DNA of 64,000 nt. Origin: Trichormus sp. ATA11-4-KO1. GTDB taxonomy: Bacteria; Cyanobacteriota; Cyanobacteriia; Cyanobacteriales; Nostocaceae. The number at the start of each line of letters is the position of its first letter. Position 1 is the stretch's first letter. The DNA lies in assembly GCA_019358915.1 (NCBI GenBank), contig JAHHIM010000001.1:32001-96000 (forward strand), written 5' to 3'. The notes beneath the pieces are model-generated. The model was not told the DNA's origin, did not search any database, and saw only the letters and a program-made list of their open reading frames with translations. Shown here piece after piece: positions 10,555-21,281 of the stretch. The translations under genes and the position numbers were made by a program.

Positions 10555-11085
10555 ATGATTATGGGTCTGTTTGACCAAATTATTGGTGCTGTTAGCAATC
10601 CCAATCAACAAGCTAGTCTAGGTCAACTGGGCAGTATTATTAACACTGTTAATCAGCTGAGTAATGCCACTGGTACAAATCCTGCAACCATGCAATCTGT
10701 TGTCGGTGTAGTAGGTAACTATGTACGTTCTGCTTTACAACAGAAGCAAGCCACAGAGGGTAATGAAGCAACCCAAGCATTGGTTAATCAATATGCTGGG
10801 ACTTCTTCTAACCCTCAAGCCGTCAGTTCCTTGTTTCCCCCTCAAATCCAACAGCAGGTAGCACAGGTAGCTTCCCAATATACAGGACTAGATGCTGGTA
10901 CAGTTATGCAATTATTACCTGTGATTGTGCCTCTAGTATTGAATTTATTGCAATCTGGTGCTAATGCCCAAAATCCCCGATCTGGTGGAAATTCTGTATT
11001 GAATTCTTTCTTAGATGCCAACGGGGATGGAGATGTCAATATTGCCGACGCTATTCAACTGTTTAGTAGATATGTTGGTAGGTAG
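10555..11085 (+). CDS. DUF937-like protein with EF-hand-like C-terminal motif
   Basis: MGLFDQIIG start, Gln-rich helices, LDANGDGDVNIAD; AAGGAG RBS. Confidence 0.75.
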   Translation: MIMGLFDQIIGAVSNPNQQASLGQLGSIINTVNQLSNATGTNPATMQSVVGVVGNYVRSALQQKQATEGNEATQALVNQYAGTSSNPQAVSSLFPPQIQQQVAQVASQYTGLDAGTVMQLLPVIVPLVLNLLQSGANAQNPRSGGNSVLNSFLDANGDGDVNIADAIQLFSRYVGR

Positions 11086-11930
11086 TCAGGAAAAATTGTA
11101 ATTTACTCCAATACCTTTGCCAATTTACGAGGGTTGAACAGATGTAGAGCATTGTGAATGTTAACCCTGATAGTTTAATTGGGGTTAACTGTAAAGCAAG
11201 AATTTTTCCCTTAAAATGCAGTTTTCAGGTAGGAATTACCAGGTAATCTTATGGGTTGAAGCACTGATCACCATAGCAACCACAAATGAGCAATTAATTA
11301 TTAATATAATATAATTTCTAGATTAGTAATTAGTTCAACCTCAAGACATATAATACTAAATTGGAAATCCTGGGAATATGTAGAATCGATAAATTAAACT
11401 TAGAAAATTGGCATTTTTTACTATAAATTTTTGTAAAATATATTTCAGATTTTGGCTATCTCAGGAACTTCTCAATGAGAATTTGATTTCTATCTGAAAA
11501 GAGTAGATTTAAAGAGCAAGCAAAAGTATACAGAAGTTTAGATACTTCATACCTATGGATATTTAATTTCACCAACTAAGGAGGATGTGTAAAACTTACC
11601 GAAAGCCTTCTAGTATCAATATTTCCAGAAACGATTATATTTACATTAAGATTCAGATGACGGAATATAACTGTCAACTTAAAATTAAAGATGAGATAAA
11701 GTTACTATGGATGCAAGATGACAAATTGCTAAAATAGCTTAATCAAGAAGAGTCCTATCTAAAGAATCCAAGATTGGTATTGAATTAAACAAAATATCAA
11801 GTGAGAAAAATTTTCACAAATCAAGGCATCTCTGGATTTTAAGAAACTCCCCACGCATCAATATCGTCTTTAACCAGGCTGCTCCTCTGAACCACACTAT
11901 TTCAGTCCTCAGTCAAGTAAGGTTTTAAAT

Positions 11931-12542
11931 ATGAAAGACCAACAAGGATCTAACCGTATTTCTTCAGGTGTAATTGCAGCCGTTTCCGCAGCAGTTGTCG
12001 CGGTGGGTGGTGGCGTAGCTTGGCTGACTGCCAACACTAACCAGTCTCCTACACCAACCAGCCCCTCTCAAACCATCAAACCCCCCAGCCAGCCATCAAC
12101 GACCCAGCCAGGTCAAGAGCAAACTGCTAATATTTATTGGCTCAAACCAAGGGCACAAAATATTGATTTGGTTCCTCAGCCAGTTCAAATCGCTGCTACA
12201 CAGCCCAACCAAGTTTTGGAAAAGGCTTTCCAAGCTTTATTAGCAGGGCCAACAGAAGGGACAGATTCTACAACCATTCCCCAAGGAACCAAGTTGCTGG
12301 GGCTGAAAGTAGAAAATGATGAAGTTCACGTTGATTTATCTGAAGATTTTACTCAGGGTGGTGGTAGTACCTCAATGGTTGCCCGTATCGGACAAGTTGT
12401 TTATACCGCGACAACTTTAGATCCCAATGCCAAAGTTTACATTGATGTCAATGGGCAACAATTGGACGTTTTAGGTGGTGAAGGCGTAGAGTTGCAACAG
12501 CCATTGACTCGTAAAAGCTTTGAGCAAAACTATCCGCTTTGA
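11931..12542 (+). CDS. GerMN domain protein
   Basis: N-terminal TM, Pro/Thr linker, ALLAGP...TTIPQGTKLL...VDLS..F..GGGS...QVVYT. Confidence 0.9.
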   Translation: MKDQQGSNRISSGVIAAVSAAVVAVGGGVAWLTANTNQSPTPTSPSQTIKPPSQPSTTQPGQEQTANIYWLKPRAQNIDLVPQPVQIAATQPNQVLEKAFQALLAGPTEGTDSTTIPQGTKLLGLKVENDEVHVDLSEDFTQGGGSTSMVARIGQVVYTATTLDPNAKVYIDVNGQQLDVLGGEGVELQQPLTRKSFEQNYPL

Positions 12543-12544
12543 TA

Positions 12545-12587
12545 CAGTTATCAGTTATCAGTAGACAAACTGATAACTGGTAACTGA
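12545..12587. terminator. Inverted STRR (CAGTTAT) hairpin between convergent genes
   Basis: cagttatcagttatcagt...actgataactggtaactg. Confidence 0.6.
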
Positions 12588-12588
12588 C

Positions 12589-12957
12589 TTAGTTTTTGTT
12601 ACTCAGCACGCGAAAACTGCGGGCTTGTTTTTCTAGCCTTGTGGCCAGGCGATCGCATACCCGATTACATAATTCAAAAATCATTTGATCTTCTACCCGG
12701 TAGTAAGCGCAAGTCCCTTCACTGCGGCGGCTAAGAATTCCTGCTTGCCACATTACCTTCAGGTGTTTAGACACATTTGCTTGCGAAGTCTGTGTTGCCT
12801 CTACCAATTCTTGCACACATTTTTCTTCTCTACGAGACGCTGCGCGAACATCCCGTAATAAGTGCAGTAGCCGTAGACGCATTGGTTCACTTAACAGGCT
12901 AAAGTATTCGGCCACTTGTTACACCACTTCCGGTGGTACAGGCAACGCTTGTTTCAT
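12589..12957 (-). pseudogene. ArsR/SmtB-family regulator with in-frame TAA at codon 13 (or N-truncated product from GTG at 12915)
   Basis: ATG at 12957 gives MKQALPVPPEVV*QVAEYFSLLSEPMRLRLL...SQANVSKHLK; the ArsR HTH is clear; stop at 12919-12921. Confidence 0.75.
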
Positions 12958-13038
12958 CAGGATTGACCCGCAAGAACAGACAGTTTGACCAATGACTCAT
13001 TTTGATCACAATGACTCATTTGATATATAGATTAATAC

Positions 13039-13596
13039 TTAATCAGGGTTAATTCGCATCAAAGGCTGACCATATTCTACCGGTTCGCCATTTTGGAGGA
13101 GAATTTCCATTACTTGTCCAGATACCTCAGCTTCAATTTCATTCATCAGCTTCATAGCTTCAATGATACAGACTGTTTGACCACTGCGGACGCGATCGCC
13201 CACTTCCACAAATGGTGCTTCACCTGGTGCAGGAGCGCGATAAAACGTTCCTACCATCGGGGAAGGCACTTCCACAAGTCTTTTATCAATCGTTGATGGC
13301 GGATTGGCTGATAACTGCACACTAGAACTAGTTAGGGCATTATCCGAGGTGCGACTTGTTCCCACCTCCATTGCCTGATTTGGTGCTGCTTGGGTTCCCA
13401 TTGGGGAAACCGATGTCAATCCCGAACCAACCACACCGCTTAAAGCTGCTTGACTAACTGACACCATATGATTGCTGAAACTAACAGATTTACGTACCGT
13501 TAGTTCAAAGTCATCACTTTTGAGCGTTACTTCTGCAATATCTGTTTGTGCAATAGTTGCCAGCAGTTGGCGAATTTCATTAAAGTCCAATGACAC
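13039..13596 (-). CDS. accB: Acetyl-CoA carboxylase biotin carboxyl carrier protein
   Basis: SPMVGTFY and EAMKLMNEI biotinylation motif; downstream of efp. Confidence 0.97.
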   Translation of the reverse strand: MSLDFNEIRQLLATIAQTDIAEVTLKSDDFELTVRKSVSFSNHMVSVSQAALSGVVGSGLTSVSPMGTQAAPNQAMEVGTSRTSDNALTSSSVQLSANPPSTIDKRLVEVPSPMVGTFYRAPAPGEAPFVEVGDRVRSGQTVCIIEAMKLMNEIEAEVSGQVMEILLQNGEPVEYGQPLMRINPD

Positions 13597-13706
13597 AGTT
13601 TTTATTACCTCGACCTAACCGTAAATTAATAATTTTTAAGTGTGGCAGGGATTTAATCCCTAATACAGGGACTGAATCGGAATTTGCTCTGAGATTGAGA
13701 TCAAAC

Positions 13707-14264
13707 TTATTCCCTACCTAAGTATTTGTCTTCACGGGTATCAATACGAATACGTTCCCCTTGAGCAACAAATAATGGAACCATCACAGTTGCTCCGGTT
13801 TCCAGAATAGCTGGTTTAGTCCCACCTGTAGCTGTATCACCTTTGATACCTGGATCTGTTTCTACAATTTCCAAAACTACAGAGTTGGGCAGTTCCACTT
13901 CTAGCACTTGCTCACCCCAACGAATCACGTTGGCTTCCATGCCTTCTTTGAGATATTTAACGCGATCGCCAATTTGGGCTGCGCTTAATCTGTTTTCTTC
14001 GTAGGTTTCCATATCCATAAAGACAAACTCATCGCCTTCTTTATAGGTATGCTGCATCGTGCTTTTTTCCAGAGTAGCTTGTGGCACAGTTTCTCCGGCT
14101 CGGAACGTTTTTTCGACAACGCTCCCTGTTTGGACACTTTTCAGTTTTGTCCGCACAAAAGCAGAGCCTTTACCTGGCTTAACGTGGAGGAATTCCACCA
14201 CTCGCCATACAGACCCATCTAATACAATTGAGACACCGGGTCGAAAGTCGTTACTAGAAATCAT
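13707..14264 (-). CDS. efp: Elongation factor P
   Basis: [10 protein letters not shown] start (ATG 14264), [23 protein letters not shown]. Confidence 0.97.
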   Translation of the reverse strand: MISSNDFRPGVSIVLDGSVWRVVEFLHVKPGKGSAFVRTKLKSVQTGSVVEKTFRAGETVPQATLEKSTMQHTYKEGDEFVFMDMETYEENRLSAAQIGDRVKYLKEGMEANVIRWGEQVLEVELPNSVVLEIVETDPGIKGDTATGGTKPAILETGATVMVPLFVAQGERIRIDTREDKYLGRE

Positions 14265-14356
14265 GAAGCTTTCAAATTTTGGAAGACAATCGGCATTTAT
14301 TGTACCCTTCAAGGGTCGTAATTAGTCATTAATCATCAAGGAATTAGTCAAGTGAT

Positions 14357-14388
14357 TGGGGACTGAGGACTGGAGACTGGGGACTGGT
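14357..14388 (+). repeat. Heptamer tandem repeat (GGGGACT-type STRR)
   Basis: ggggact gaggact ggagact ggggact. Confidence 0.7.
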
Positions 14389-14566
14389 TGGGAATTTGGG
14401 GTTTTCTCATCCCAAATCCTTAATTTTTAGATTACTCAGGAAATAAGAAAGCACGGGCTATAAGTGCAGCTGTGCCCGCAGGGCTTTACAGCACTCGTAC
14501 TGTGGGAAGATGATTGATGGGTTACGCCTAGTGAACAATTTGATGCTGCATTTGAGCCATCCCACC

Positions 14567-15673
14567 ATGTTGAACATATTAAAATCCTGGCTGAAGAACA
14601 GCCTCATGGCAATACTGTTGGTAACAATATTTTTAGGCATAAATACAGCTAGCTGGACTCCCTCCAGTAACGCTGCTCTACCATCTGGAAATGCAATTAC
14701 CGATGGCAAAGCCTTGTTACGTTATGCACTCCCGATAGAGAATCAACCAGTACGGCAACTGCAAGCCAGTTTAGAAGACATTTCCACCCAACTGCGGGCG
14801 AATCGGCGGTGGGGTGCTATCTCCAAAGACCTCAGTAAAGCATCCCGCCTACTCGATAAACCTTCCCAAATCCTAGCAAGCGTTCCCGCAGAACGCCAAC
14901 CTCAAGCCGAAGCTTGGATTGCTGAGTTAAAATCCGGCGTCGATTCATTGCAAGAATCGGTAAAAGCCAAAGACAAAGAACAAATTCTTGAAGGTAGAAA
15001 TAAACTCCTGAATCTCGTCACCCAGTTGGAAGAGTCGATGGTGACAGAATTTCCCTTTGAAGTGCCTGCTGAATACAGTAACCTGCCACAACTCAAAGGT
15101 CGTGCCACTGTGGAAATTAAAACTAATAAAGGCGACCTAACCGTTGTGGTAGATGGTTATAGTGCCCCTGTCACAGCTGGTAATTTTGTAGATTTAGTCC
15201 AAAGAGGTTTTTATAACGGCTTAGAATTCACCCGTTCAGAAGAATCTTATGTACTGCAAACTGGAGATCCACCAGGAAAGGAAGTAGGTTTTATTGATCC
15301 AAAAACTGGCAAATACCGTGCCATTCCTTTAGAAGTTTTAGTTGAAGGCGACACAGAGCCTACTTATGGTATTACCCTCGAACAAGCTGGCCGCTATCTT
15401 GATATGCCAGTTCTGCCTTTTTCTTCCTTCGGTGCATTGGCAATGGCTCGTCCCGAAACAGAAGTAAATGGGGGTTCCTCACAATTTTTCTTTTTTCTCT
15501 TTGAGCCAGAACTCACCCCCGCAGGACGCAACCTATTGGATGGTCGTTATGCCGTTTTTGGCTATCTCACCGAGGGCAAAGAAATTTTGGATAAGTTGAA
15601 GGAAGGTGACAAAATCGAATCGGCAACTGTAGTTCAGGGAATAGAAAATTTAGTTGCACCGCCAGCAGTGTAA
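14567..15673 (+). CDS. Cyclophilin-type peptidyl-prolyl isomerase (TLP40/CYP38-like)
   Basis: Signal peptide, helical domain, DGYSAPVTAGNFVDLV, GALAMAR, SSQFFF, LDGRYAVFGY. Confidence 0.92.
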   Translation: MLNILKSWLKNSLMAILLVTIFLGINTASWTPSSNAALPSGNAITDGKALLRYALPIENQPVRQLQASLEDISTQLRANRRWGAISKDLSKASRLLDKPSQILASVPAERQPQAEAWIAELKSGVDSLQESVKAKDKEQILEGRNKLLNLVTQLEESMVTEFPFEVPAEYSNLPQLKGRATVEIKTNKGDLTVVVDGYSAPVTAGNFVDLVQRGFYNGLEFTRSEESYVLQTGDPPGKEVGFIDPKTGKYRAIPLEVLVEGDTEPTYGITLEQAGRYLDMPVLPFSSFGALAMARPETEVNGGSSQFFFFLFEPELTPAGRNLLDGRYAVFGYLTEGKEILDKLKEGDKIESATVVQGIENLVAPPAV

Positions 15674-15681
15674 AATTTAGT

Positions 15682-15731
15682 TCGTAGTAAGCACTTTAGT
15701 GCTGAATAAGGCGCTAAAGCACCTACTACGA
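15682..15731. repeat. REP-like inverted repeat / bidirectional terminator
   Basis: tcgtagtaagcactttagtgc...gcgctaaagcacctactacga between convergent genes. Confidence 0.6.
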
Positions 15732-15743
15732 GCTAAGATTAAA

Positions 15744-16316
15744 TTAGCCAAGATTACCTGCGTCTAAAACCTGTGTAACAGCGATCGCTAGTTCTGGAAA
15801 AGTTCGCGATATAATTAACTGGCTGGCAGTAAAAACCATTTCTTCGTACAGTCCCTCCTCCAGCAACAAAACAGAAATCTTTGCTGCTTGAGGGTCTACA
15901 ATCCAATATTCAGGAACTTCCAAAGCTGCATATTCAGACCGCTTATAGCGATAGTCCCGTTTTACCGACTCTGGATTGACCACCTCTACAATTAATAAGG
16001 GAGGTGACAGAAATACTGCGGAAACATTCATCAATTCTCGCGCCTGCTCCAGCGTCACTACACACAAGTCAGTCAACCGAGATTTATTTCTACCCGTTCT
16101 TACACCACTTTCCCGAAGACACAGCCAAGGTAAGCTACAACGTTTGATTTCTGCTTTCAGCGCAGTGTCTAAGAAATCAACAATCAGAAAATGTTGAATA
16201 GTTGGTGGATTCATTAACTCTAACCTGCCATCCACCAATTCATCATGAGAACCGTTACCATCATCATAAGTTAAATACTCCTCAAACTTGATGCTGGTTA
16301 CTGGTGTAGTGACCAT
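15744..16316 (-). CDS. Uma2-family (PD-(D/E)xK-like) putative endonuclease
   Basis: FEEYL..., ELVDG, LIVEVV.P, KRSEYAALEVPEYWIVDP. Confidence 0.9.
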   Translation of the reverse strand: MVTTPVTSIKFEEYLTYDDGNGSHDELVDGRLELMNPPTIQHFLIVDFLDTALKAEIKRCSLPWLCLRESGVRTGRNKSRLTDLCVVTLEQARELMNVSAVFLSPPLLIVEVVNPESVKRDYRYKRSEYAALEVPEYWIVDPQAAKISVLLLEEGLYEEMVFTASQLIISRTFPELAIAVTQVLDAGNLG

Positions 16317-16388
16317 CCCAACTGACTCCTAGACGATACCTTTATCCTAACTTGGGGGAGTGGGGAGATGAGGGAGTGAGGGAAATAA

Positions 16389-16422
16389 CCAATGCCCAAT
16401 GCCCAATGCCCAATGCCCAATG
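16389..16422 (+). repeat. Heptamer tandem repeat (CCCAATG STRR)
   Basis: About five units of cccaatg directly before the thiL start. Confidence 0.8.
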
Positions 16423-17430
16423 ACTAAAGTTCAAGATATTGGCGAACAAGGTCTTTTAGAAAGATTGCAGCGCTTTTGTCCCCCAGAGATGATTGGGGAT
16501 GATGCAGCAGTACTTTCAACTTCACCAGGGCAATCTTTGGTGGTGACAACAGATGTGTTGGTGGATGGAGTGCATTTTAGTCATGTCACTACATCTCCAG
16601 AAGATGCTGGTTGGCGAGCTGCGGCTGCTAATTTATCCGATTTGGCAGCAATGGGGGCTTCGCCTTTGGGAATTACCGTCGGGTTGGGACTTCCTGGAGA
16701 AGTTAGCGTCAGTTGGGTGGAATGCTTATACCAGGGAATGACAGAATGCCTGCAAAAATACCATACCCCAATACTTGGTGGTGATGTCGTGCGATCGCCT
16801 GTGACGACTTTAGCAATCACCGCTTTTGGTCAAGCGCATCCTCATCAGATTATCCGCCGCTCTACGGCTCAAGTAGGAGATGCGATCGTCATCACAGGTG
16901 TGCATGGAGCCTCCCATGCTGGGTTACAACTGCTCTTGCATCCCGAATTCAAGCAAAACCTCACTGATGCAGAACAAACCACTTTAATCAAAGCCCACCA
17001 GCGCCCAAAACCAAGATTAGATGTCCTACCTATCCTCTGGCAAATTCTAGAATACCCCCCATCTCCCCACTTCCCCATCGCCGGTATGGATAGCAGCGAT
17101 GGTTTAGCAGATGCTATTTGCCAAATCTGCCGTGCCAGTGGTGTTGGTGCTATCTTAGAATTTAACCAAATTCCTTTACCAGAAAGTTTTCATCACTGGC
17201 TGACACCAGAAACAGCATTAAAATATGCCCTCTACGGTGGCGAAGACTTTGAATTAGTGCTTTGTTTACCAGAATCACCAGCCATTACTCTAGTTCAACA
17301 ATTAGGTCAAGGCGCAGCTATTATTGGTACCATCACAGATAGTTCACAAGTACTATTAAAAGATAGAAATACAAAATTCCCCGACCAAGTTTTAAATCTT
17401 AGTCAGGGATTCCAACATTTTGGCCAATAG
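16420..17430 (+). CDS. thiL: Thiamine-monophosphate kinase
   Basis: GE..L, IGDDAA, NLSDLAAMGA, MDSSDGL, GGEDFEL. Confidence 0.95.
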   Translation: MTKVQDIGEQGLLERLQRFCPPEMIGDDAAVLSTSPGQSLVVTTDVLVDGVHFSHVTTSPEDAGWRAAAANLSDLAAMGASPLGITVGLGLPGEVSVSWVECLYQGMTECLQKYHTPILGGDVVRSPVTTLAITAFGQAHPHQIIRRSTAQVGDAIVITGVHGASHAGLQLLLHPEFKQNLTDAEQTTLIKAHQRPKPRLDVLPILWQILEYPPSPHFPIAGMDSSDGLADAICQICRASGVGAILEFNQIPLPESFHHWLTPETALKYALYGGEDFELVLCLPESPAITLVQQLGQGAAIIGTITDSSQVLLKDRNTKFPDQVLNLSQGFQHFGQ

Positions 17431-17530
17431 CTAAGAAAAACCAGAGCTATAAGTTAAGCTTCCTAGCTGAAGGCGACTGGCTTTGAAAAGTCAACAGATT
17501 ACTTTATCGTTCTTGACTAATGACTAATAA

Positions 17531-18544
17531 TTAAGCCCACTTCTCGGCTACTAGTTCTGCTAAATCTAGAACTCGCTGGCTATAACCCCACTCGTTGTCA
17601 TACCATGCCATGACTTTCACTAGGTCATTACCCATAACCAAAGTCAAGCTGGCATCAACAATAGAAGAAGCGTCAGTACCTTGATAATCGGATGATACAA
17701 GTTGTAATTCGCTGTAGTCCAAAATGCCTTTGAGTGTACCTTGAGAAGCATCTTTGAGGGCTTGATTAACTTCTTCAGTAATAGTACGCTTCTCAACTTG
17801 AACTACGAAATCTACCATTGAAACGTTCGGGGTAGGTACACGTAAAGCAACACCATTCAGCTTGCCTTTGAGGTCTGGGATTACCAGAGCCACAGCTTTT
17901 GCCGCACCAGTGGAGGTGGGAACAATGTTGATGGCTGCTGCTCTTGCCCGACGCAAATCCCGGTGAGAAGCATCTAGCAAACGCTGGTCACCAGTGTAAC
18001 TGTGGGTGGTGGTCATCGTGCCTTTGATGATCCCGAATTTATCGTTCAACACTTTGGCTATAGGAGCCAAGCAGTTGGTAGTACAGCTAGCGTTACTAAT
18101 AACATGGTGCTTGTTGTGGTCATAGTCGTAATGATTTACGCCCATGACAAAAGTACCATCTTCATTTTTACCAGGAGCGGTGATCAGCACCTTCTTGGCT
18201 CCAGCATTCAAATGCTTTTGTGCCCCTTCTCTGCTGGTAAACACGCCTGTTGATTCGATAATCAGGTCAATTTCCCACTCTTTCCAGGGCAAGTTTTCTG
18301 GGTTGCGATCAGATACGCATTTAATGGTCTTGCCGTTAACGATGATCGAGTTATCATCGGCTGTAATGTCAGCATCCTTTAACTTCCCTAGCATTGAGTC
18401 ATACTTGAGGAGGTGAGCATTGGTTGTAGGGTCTGATGTGTCATTGACAGCAACAAGGTCAATGTTGCTATTTTCTCTACCCACCCAGCAGCGTGCAAAG
18501 TTACGTCCAATTCGCCCGAAACCGTTGATTGCGACTCTAATCAC
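17531..18544 (-). CDS. gap2: Glyceraldehyde-3-phosphate dehydrogenase (Gap2 type)
   Basis: GTG start [51 protein letters not shown]. Confidence 0.95.
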   Translation of the reverse strand: MIRVAINGFGRIGRNFARCWVGRENSNIDLVAVNDTSDPTTNAHLLKYDSMLGKLKDADITADDNSIIVNGKTIKCVSDRNPENLPWKEWEIDLIIESTGVFTSREGAQKHLNAGAKKVLITAPGKNEDGTFVMGVNHYDYDHNKHHVISNASCTTNCLAPIAKVLNDKFGIIKGTMTTTHSYTGDQRLLDASHRDLRRARAAAINIVPTSTGAAKAVALVIPDLKGKLNGVALRVPTPNVSMVDFVVQVEKRTITEEVNQALKDASQGTLKGILDYSELQLVSSDYQGTDASSIVDASLTLVMGNDLVKVMAWYDNEWGYSQRVLDLAELVAEKWA

Positions 18545-18661
18545 AGTGTCTTGCCCTCTGTATTTATGCCTATAAATTGATATCTTTGACCCCAATCATA
18601 TCGCAAAGGGGGGGGGTATTAATAACCATAAAGTGTTATATCCATAAAAAAAAAACATATT

Positions 18662-19288
18662 TTATTCAGATTTATCTGAGTAGAGGTTGTGGACAGTGAT
18701 GTACGATCTAGTCGGTTCCGGGACTAAATAGCGAATTGACTTATGTTCGCGGCAAAGTTTACGAATTAGACTTGACGAAACTCCTACTAAGGGTATATCC
18801 AAGAATTGCCAGCGAATGGTAGATGACTGGTTTCTCAGTATTTGTTCCACTTGCTTGCAGATTAACTCACTTTGAGCTATAGTCTCACCACCTAGCTGTC
18901 GGGGTGCGATTAACCAATCACACATTTGTGCTAGTTCGTGTCCACGGTACCAACGAGGTAAGGTTTGGAATGTATCCAAGCCCACAATCCAGTACCAGTG
19001 AGTATTTGAGTAAAAAGTAGATAAGTCGATCAAGGTGTTGATGGCATAGGAAGTCCCAGAGCGATTTGTCTCTACTAGGGAGACAGTAAATGCTGGGTTT
19101 TCTCTTGTAGCTAATTGCAGCATTTCCAAGCGATGCTCAAACAAAGCCGCTTTTTTATGGGGAGGATTTAGTGATGGCACCCAAATTACCTTTTCTAGGG
19201 GTACTTGATACAAAGCTGTCTGAGCTATGAGCAAGTGTCCCCAATGAATGGGATCAAATGTGCCACCAAAGATTGCTATTTGCTGCAT
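18662..19288 (-). CDS. nadD: Nicotinate-nucleotide adenylyltransferase
   Basis: GGTFDPIHWGH, PPHK, VSSSLIR. Confidence 0.95.
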   Translation of the reverse strand: MQQIAIFGGTFDPIHWGHLLIAQTALYQVPLEKVIWVPSLNPPHKKAALFEHRLEMLQLATRENPAFTVSLVETNRSGTSYAINTLIDLSTFYSNTHWYWIVGLDTFQTLPRWYRGHELAQMCDWLIAPRQLGGETIAQSELICKQVEQILRNQSSTIRWQFLDIPLVGVSSSLIRKLCREHKSIRYLVPEPTRSYITVHNLYSDKSE

Positions 19289-19685
19289 TCAGTCATGCCT
19301 AAACTTTCATTCAATTGAAAATACTTTTAATACCAATGTACTATTGTACTCAATTTGCGCCTGAGCTTGATGCAATTTAAAAGCAGTTTCACTGTCAATG
19401 TATTACTGTAGCCAACACCAGTAAGGAATTTAGAAAGATGTATTTGAAACTACAAGAATTTCTGTCCCGATGCAGCAGAAATTTTGAGAATAATCTTAAG
19501 AACAGTTCAGAAATAGCAAAAACCTCCAACAAAGGTAAAATCATTCTCAATCAGCAAAACAACAGAGGAAAATAATCCAAACATCAGGTATAAACAAGAT
19601 GCAAGCGCAGTTACGGTAAAAATCAAATTCCTGTTATGATACGCGTGTCATTTGTGATTATGGTGTGGTGTAAGAGGAGCAATCA

Positions 19686-21173
19686 ATGAATAATTCTGTA
19701 GATTTTGGCGGCAGACCATTTCATTTCATTGGAATTGGTGGTATTGGTATGTCTGCCTTGGCATACGTTTTGGCAAAGCGTCAATTGCCAGTATCAGGTT
19801 CCGATCTTCGTCCAAATCATATTACGTGCAAGTTGGAATCTATCGGAACACATATTTTTGGTAGACAAGAGGCAAGTAATCTCGAATTCTTTCTTCCTAG
19901 TGAATCAGCTAATAGAGTATTATTAAACCCACAAGAACTATCACCTAATGCTACCAAGTCAACACTGCCTCAAGTTATTTGTTCAACAGCAATTAATGCC
20001 AATAATTTGGAATACAAAGCAGCATTGGAATTAGGTTGCCCAATTTTACATCGTTCAGATGTACTAGCTGCTTTAATCGCAGATTACTATAGCATTGCAG
20101 TTGCAGGAACCCACGGTAAAACTACAACCAGTAGCATGATTGGCTATATGCTGTTACAAGCTGGTTTAGACCCAACAATTCTTGTAGGTGGTGAAGTTAA
20201 TGCTTGGGAAGGAAATGCTCGATTAGGGCAGAGTCAGTATTTGGTAGCTGAAGCGGATGAATCGGATGGTTCTCTGGTGAAACACGCCCCTGAGATTGGC
20301 ATTATTACTAATATTGAACTAGATCATCCTGACCACTACGACACATTAGAAGAAGTAGTTGACATCTTCCAAAAGTTTGCGGCAGGTTGTAAAACTCTTA
20401 TAGGTAGCATTGATTGTGAAACAGTACGCGAGTTGCTACGCAACCCCTCCGGCGATCGCCTCAAACCAACAATCACTTACAGTCTAAATCCAGACACTGA
20501 TGCTGACTATAGCGTTACCAATATTGATTATCGCGCTGATGGTACCACAGCCCTAGTTTGGGAAAAAGGTAAAGCCTTAGGCGTATTGAAATTGCGGCTA
20601 CTTAGTCGGCATAATCTGAGTAATGCTCTAGCTGCGGTAGCTGTTGGTAGAGCCTTAGGTTTAGAATTCGGAGCAATTGCCAAAGGCATTGCTACCTTTG
20701 AAGGAGCAAGACGCCGCTTTGAATTCCGAGGAGAAGTCAATGGTATTACCTTCATTGATGACTATGCTCATCACCCCAGCGAAATTCGTGCTACTCTTGC
20801 TGCTGCTCGCCTCCAGGCAAGACCAGGGCAAAGAGTAGTTGCCATTTTTCAACCCCATCGCTATAGCCGCACACTGACATTTTTAGCAGAATTTGCCGAG
20901 TCATTTACTTACGCTGATTTAGTTGTGCTGACAGATATTTACAGTGCAGGCGAACCCAATTTAGGGCAAATTAGCGGTGAACAACTAGCAGTAAAAATCG
21001 CTAAACATCACCCACAGGTAGTTTATCAACCAACTCTGCCCTTAATAAGTGAGTTCTTGCTGCAAACGCTGCACCCCGGAGATTTGGCACTCTTTCTTGG
21101 TGCTGGGAATTTGAATCAGGTGATTCCTGACGTAATTACTACGCTTTGCGAACCAGCTACAGCCACATCTTAG
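19686..21173 (+). CDS. murC: UDP-N-acetylmuramate--L-alanine ligase
   Basis: GIGGIGMS, GTHGKTTT, EADESD, DDYAHHP, FQPHRYSRT. Confidence 0.97.
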   Translation: MNNSVDFGGRPFHFIGIGGIGMSALAYVLAKRQLPVSGSDLRPNHITCKLESIGTHIFGRQEASNLEFFLPSESANRVLLNPQELSPNATKSTLPQVICSTAINANNLEYKAALELGCPILHRSDVLAALIADYYSIAVAGTHGKTTTSSMIGYMLLQAGLDPTILVGGEVNAWEGNARLGQSQYLVAEADESDGSLVKHAPEIGIITNIELDHPDHYDTLEEVVDIFQKFAAGCKTLIGSIDCETVRELLRNPSGDRLKPTITYSLNPDTDADYSVTNIDYRADGTTALVWEKGKALGVLKLRLLSRHNLSNALAAVAVGRALGLEFGAIAKGIATFEGARRRFEFRGEVNGITFIDDYAHHPSEIRATLAAARLQARPGQRVVAIFQPHRYSRTLTFLAEFAESFTYADLVVLTDIYSAGEPNLGQISGEQLAVKIAKHHPQVVYQPTLPLISEFLLQTLHPGDLALFLGAGNLNQVIPDVITTLCEPATATS

Positions 21174-21281
21174 GTGAGGAAACTTAAGTAAAGTTTTCTT
21201 CTAGCAACGAATTTATCGATTCACACTATTGCTGTATTTTTACGGCAGATAAATGTAAAAATTTCACAAATTGACGTAAAG

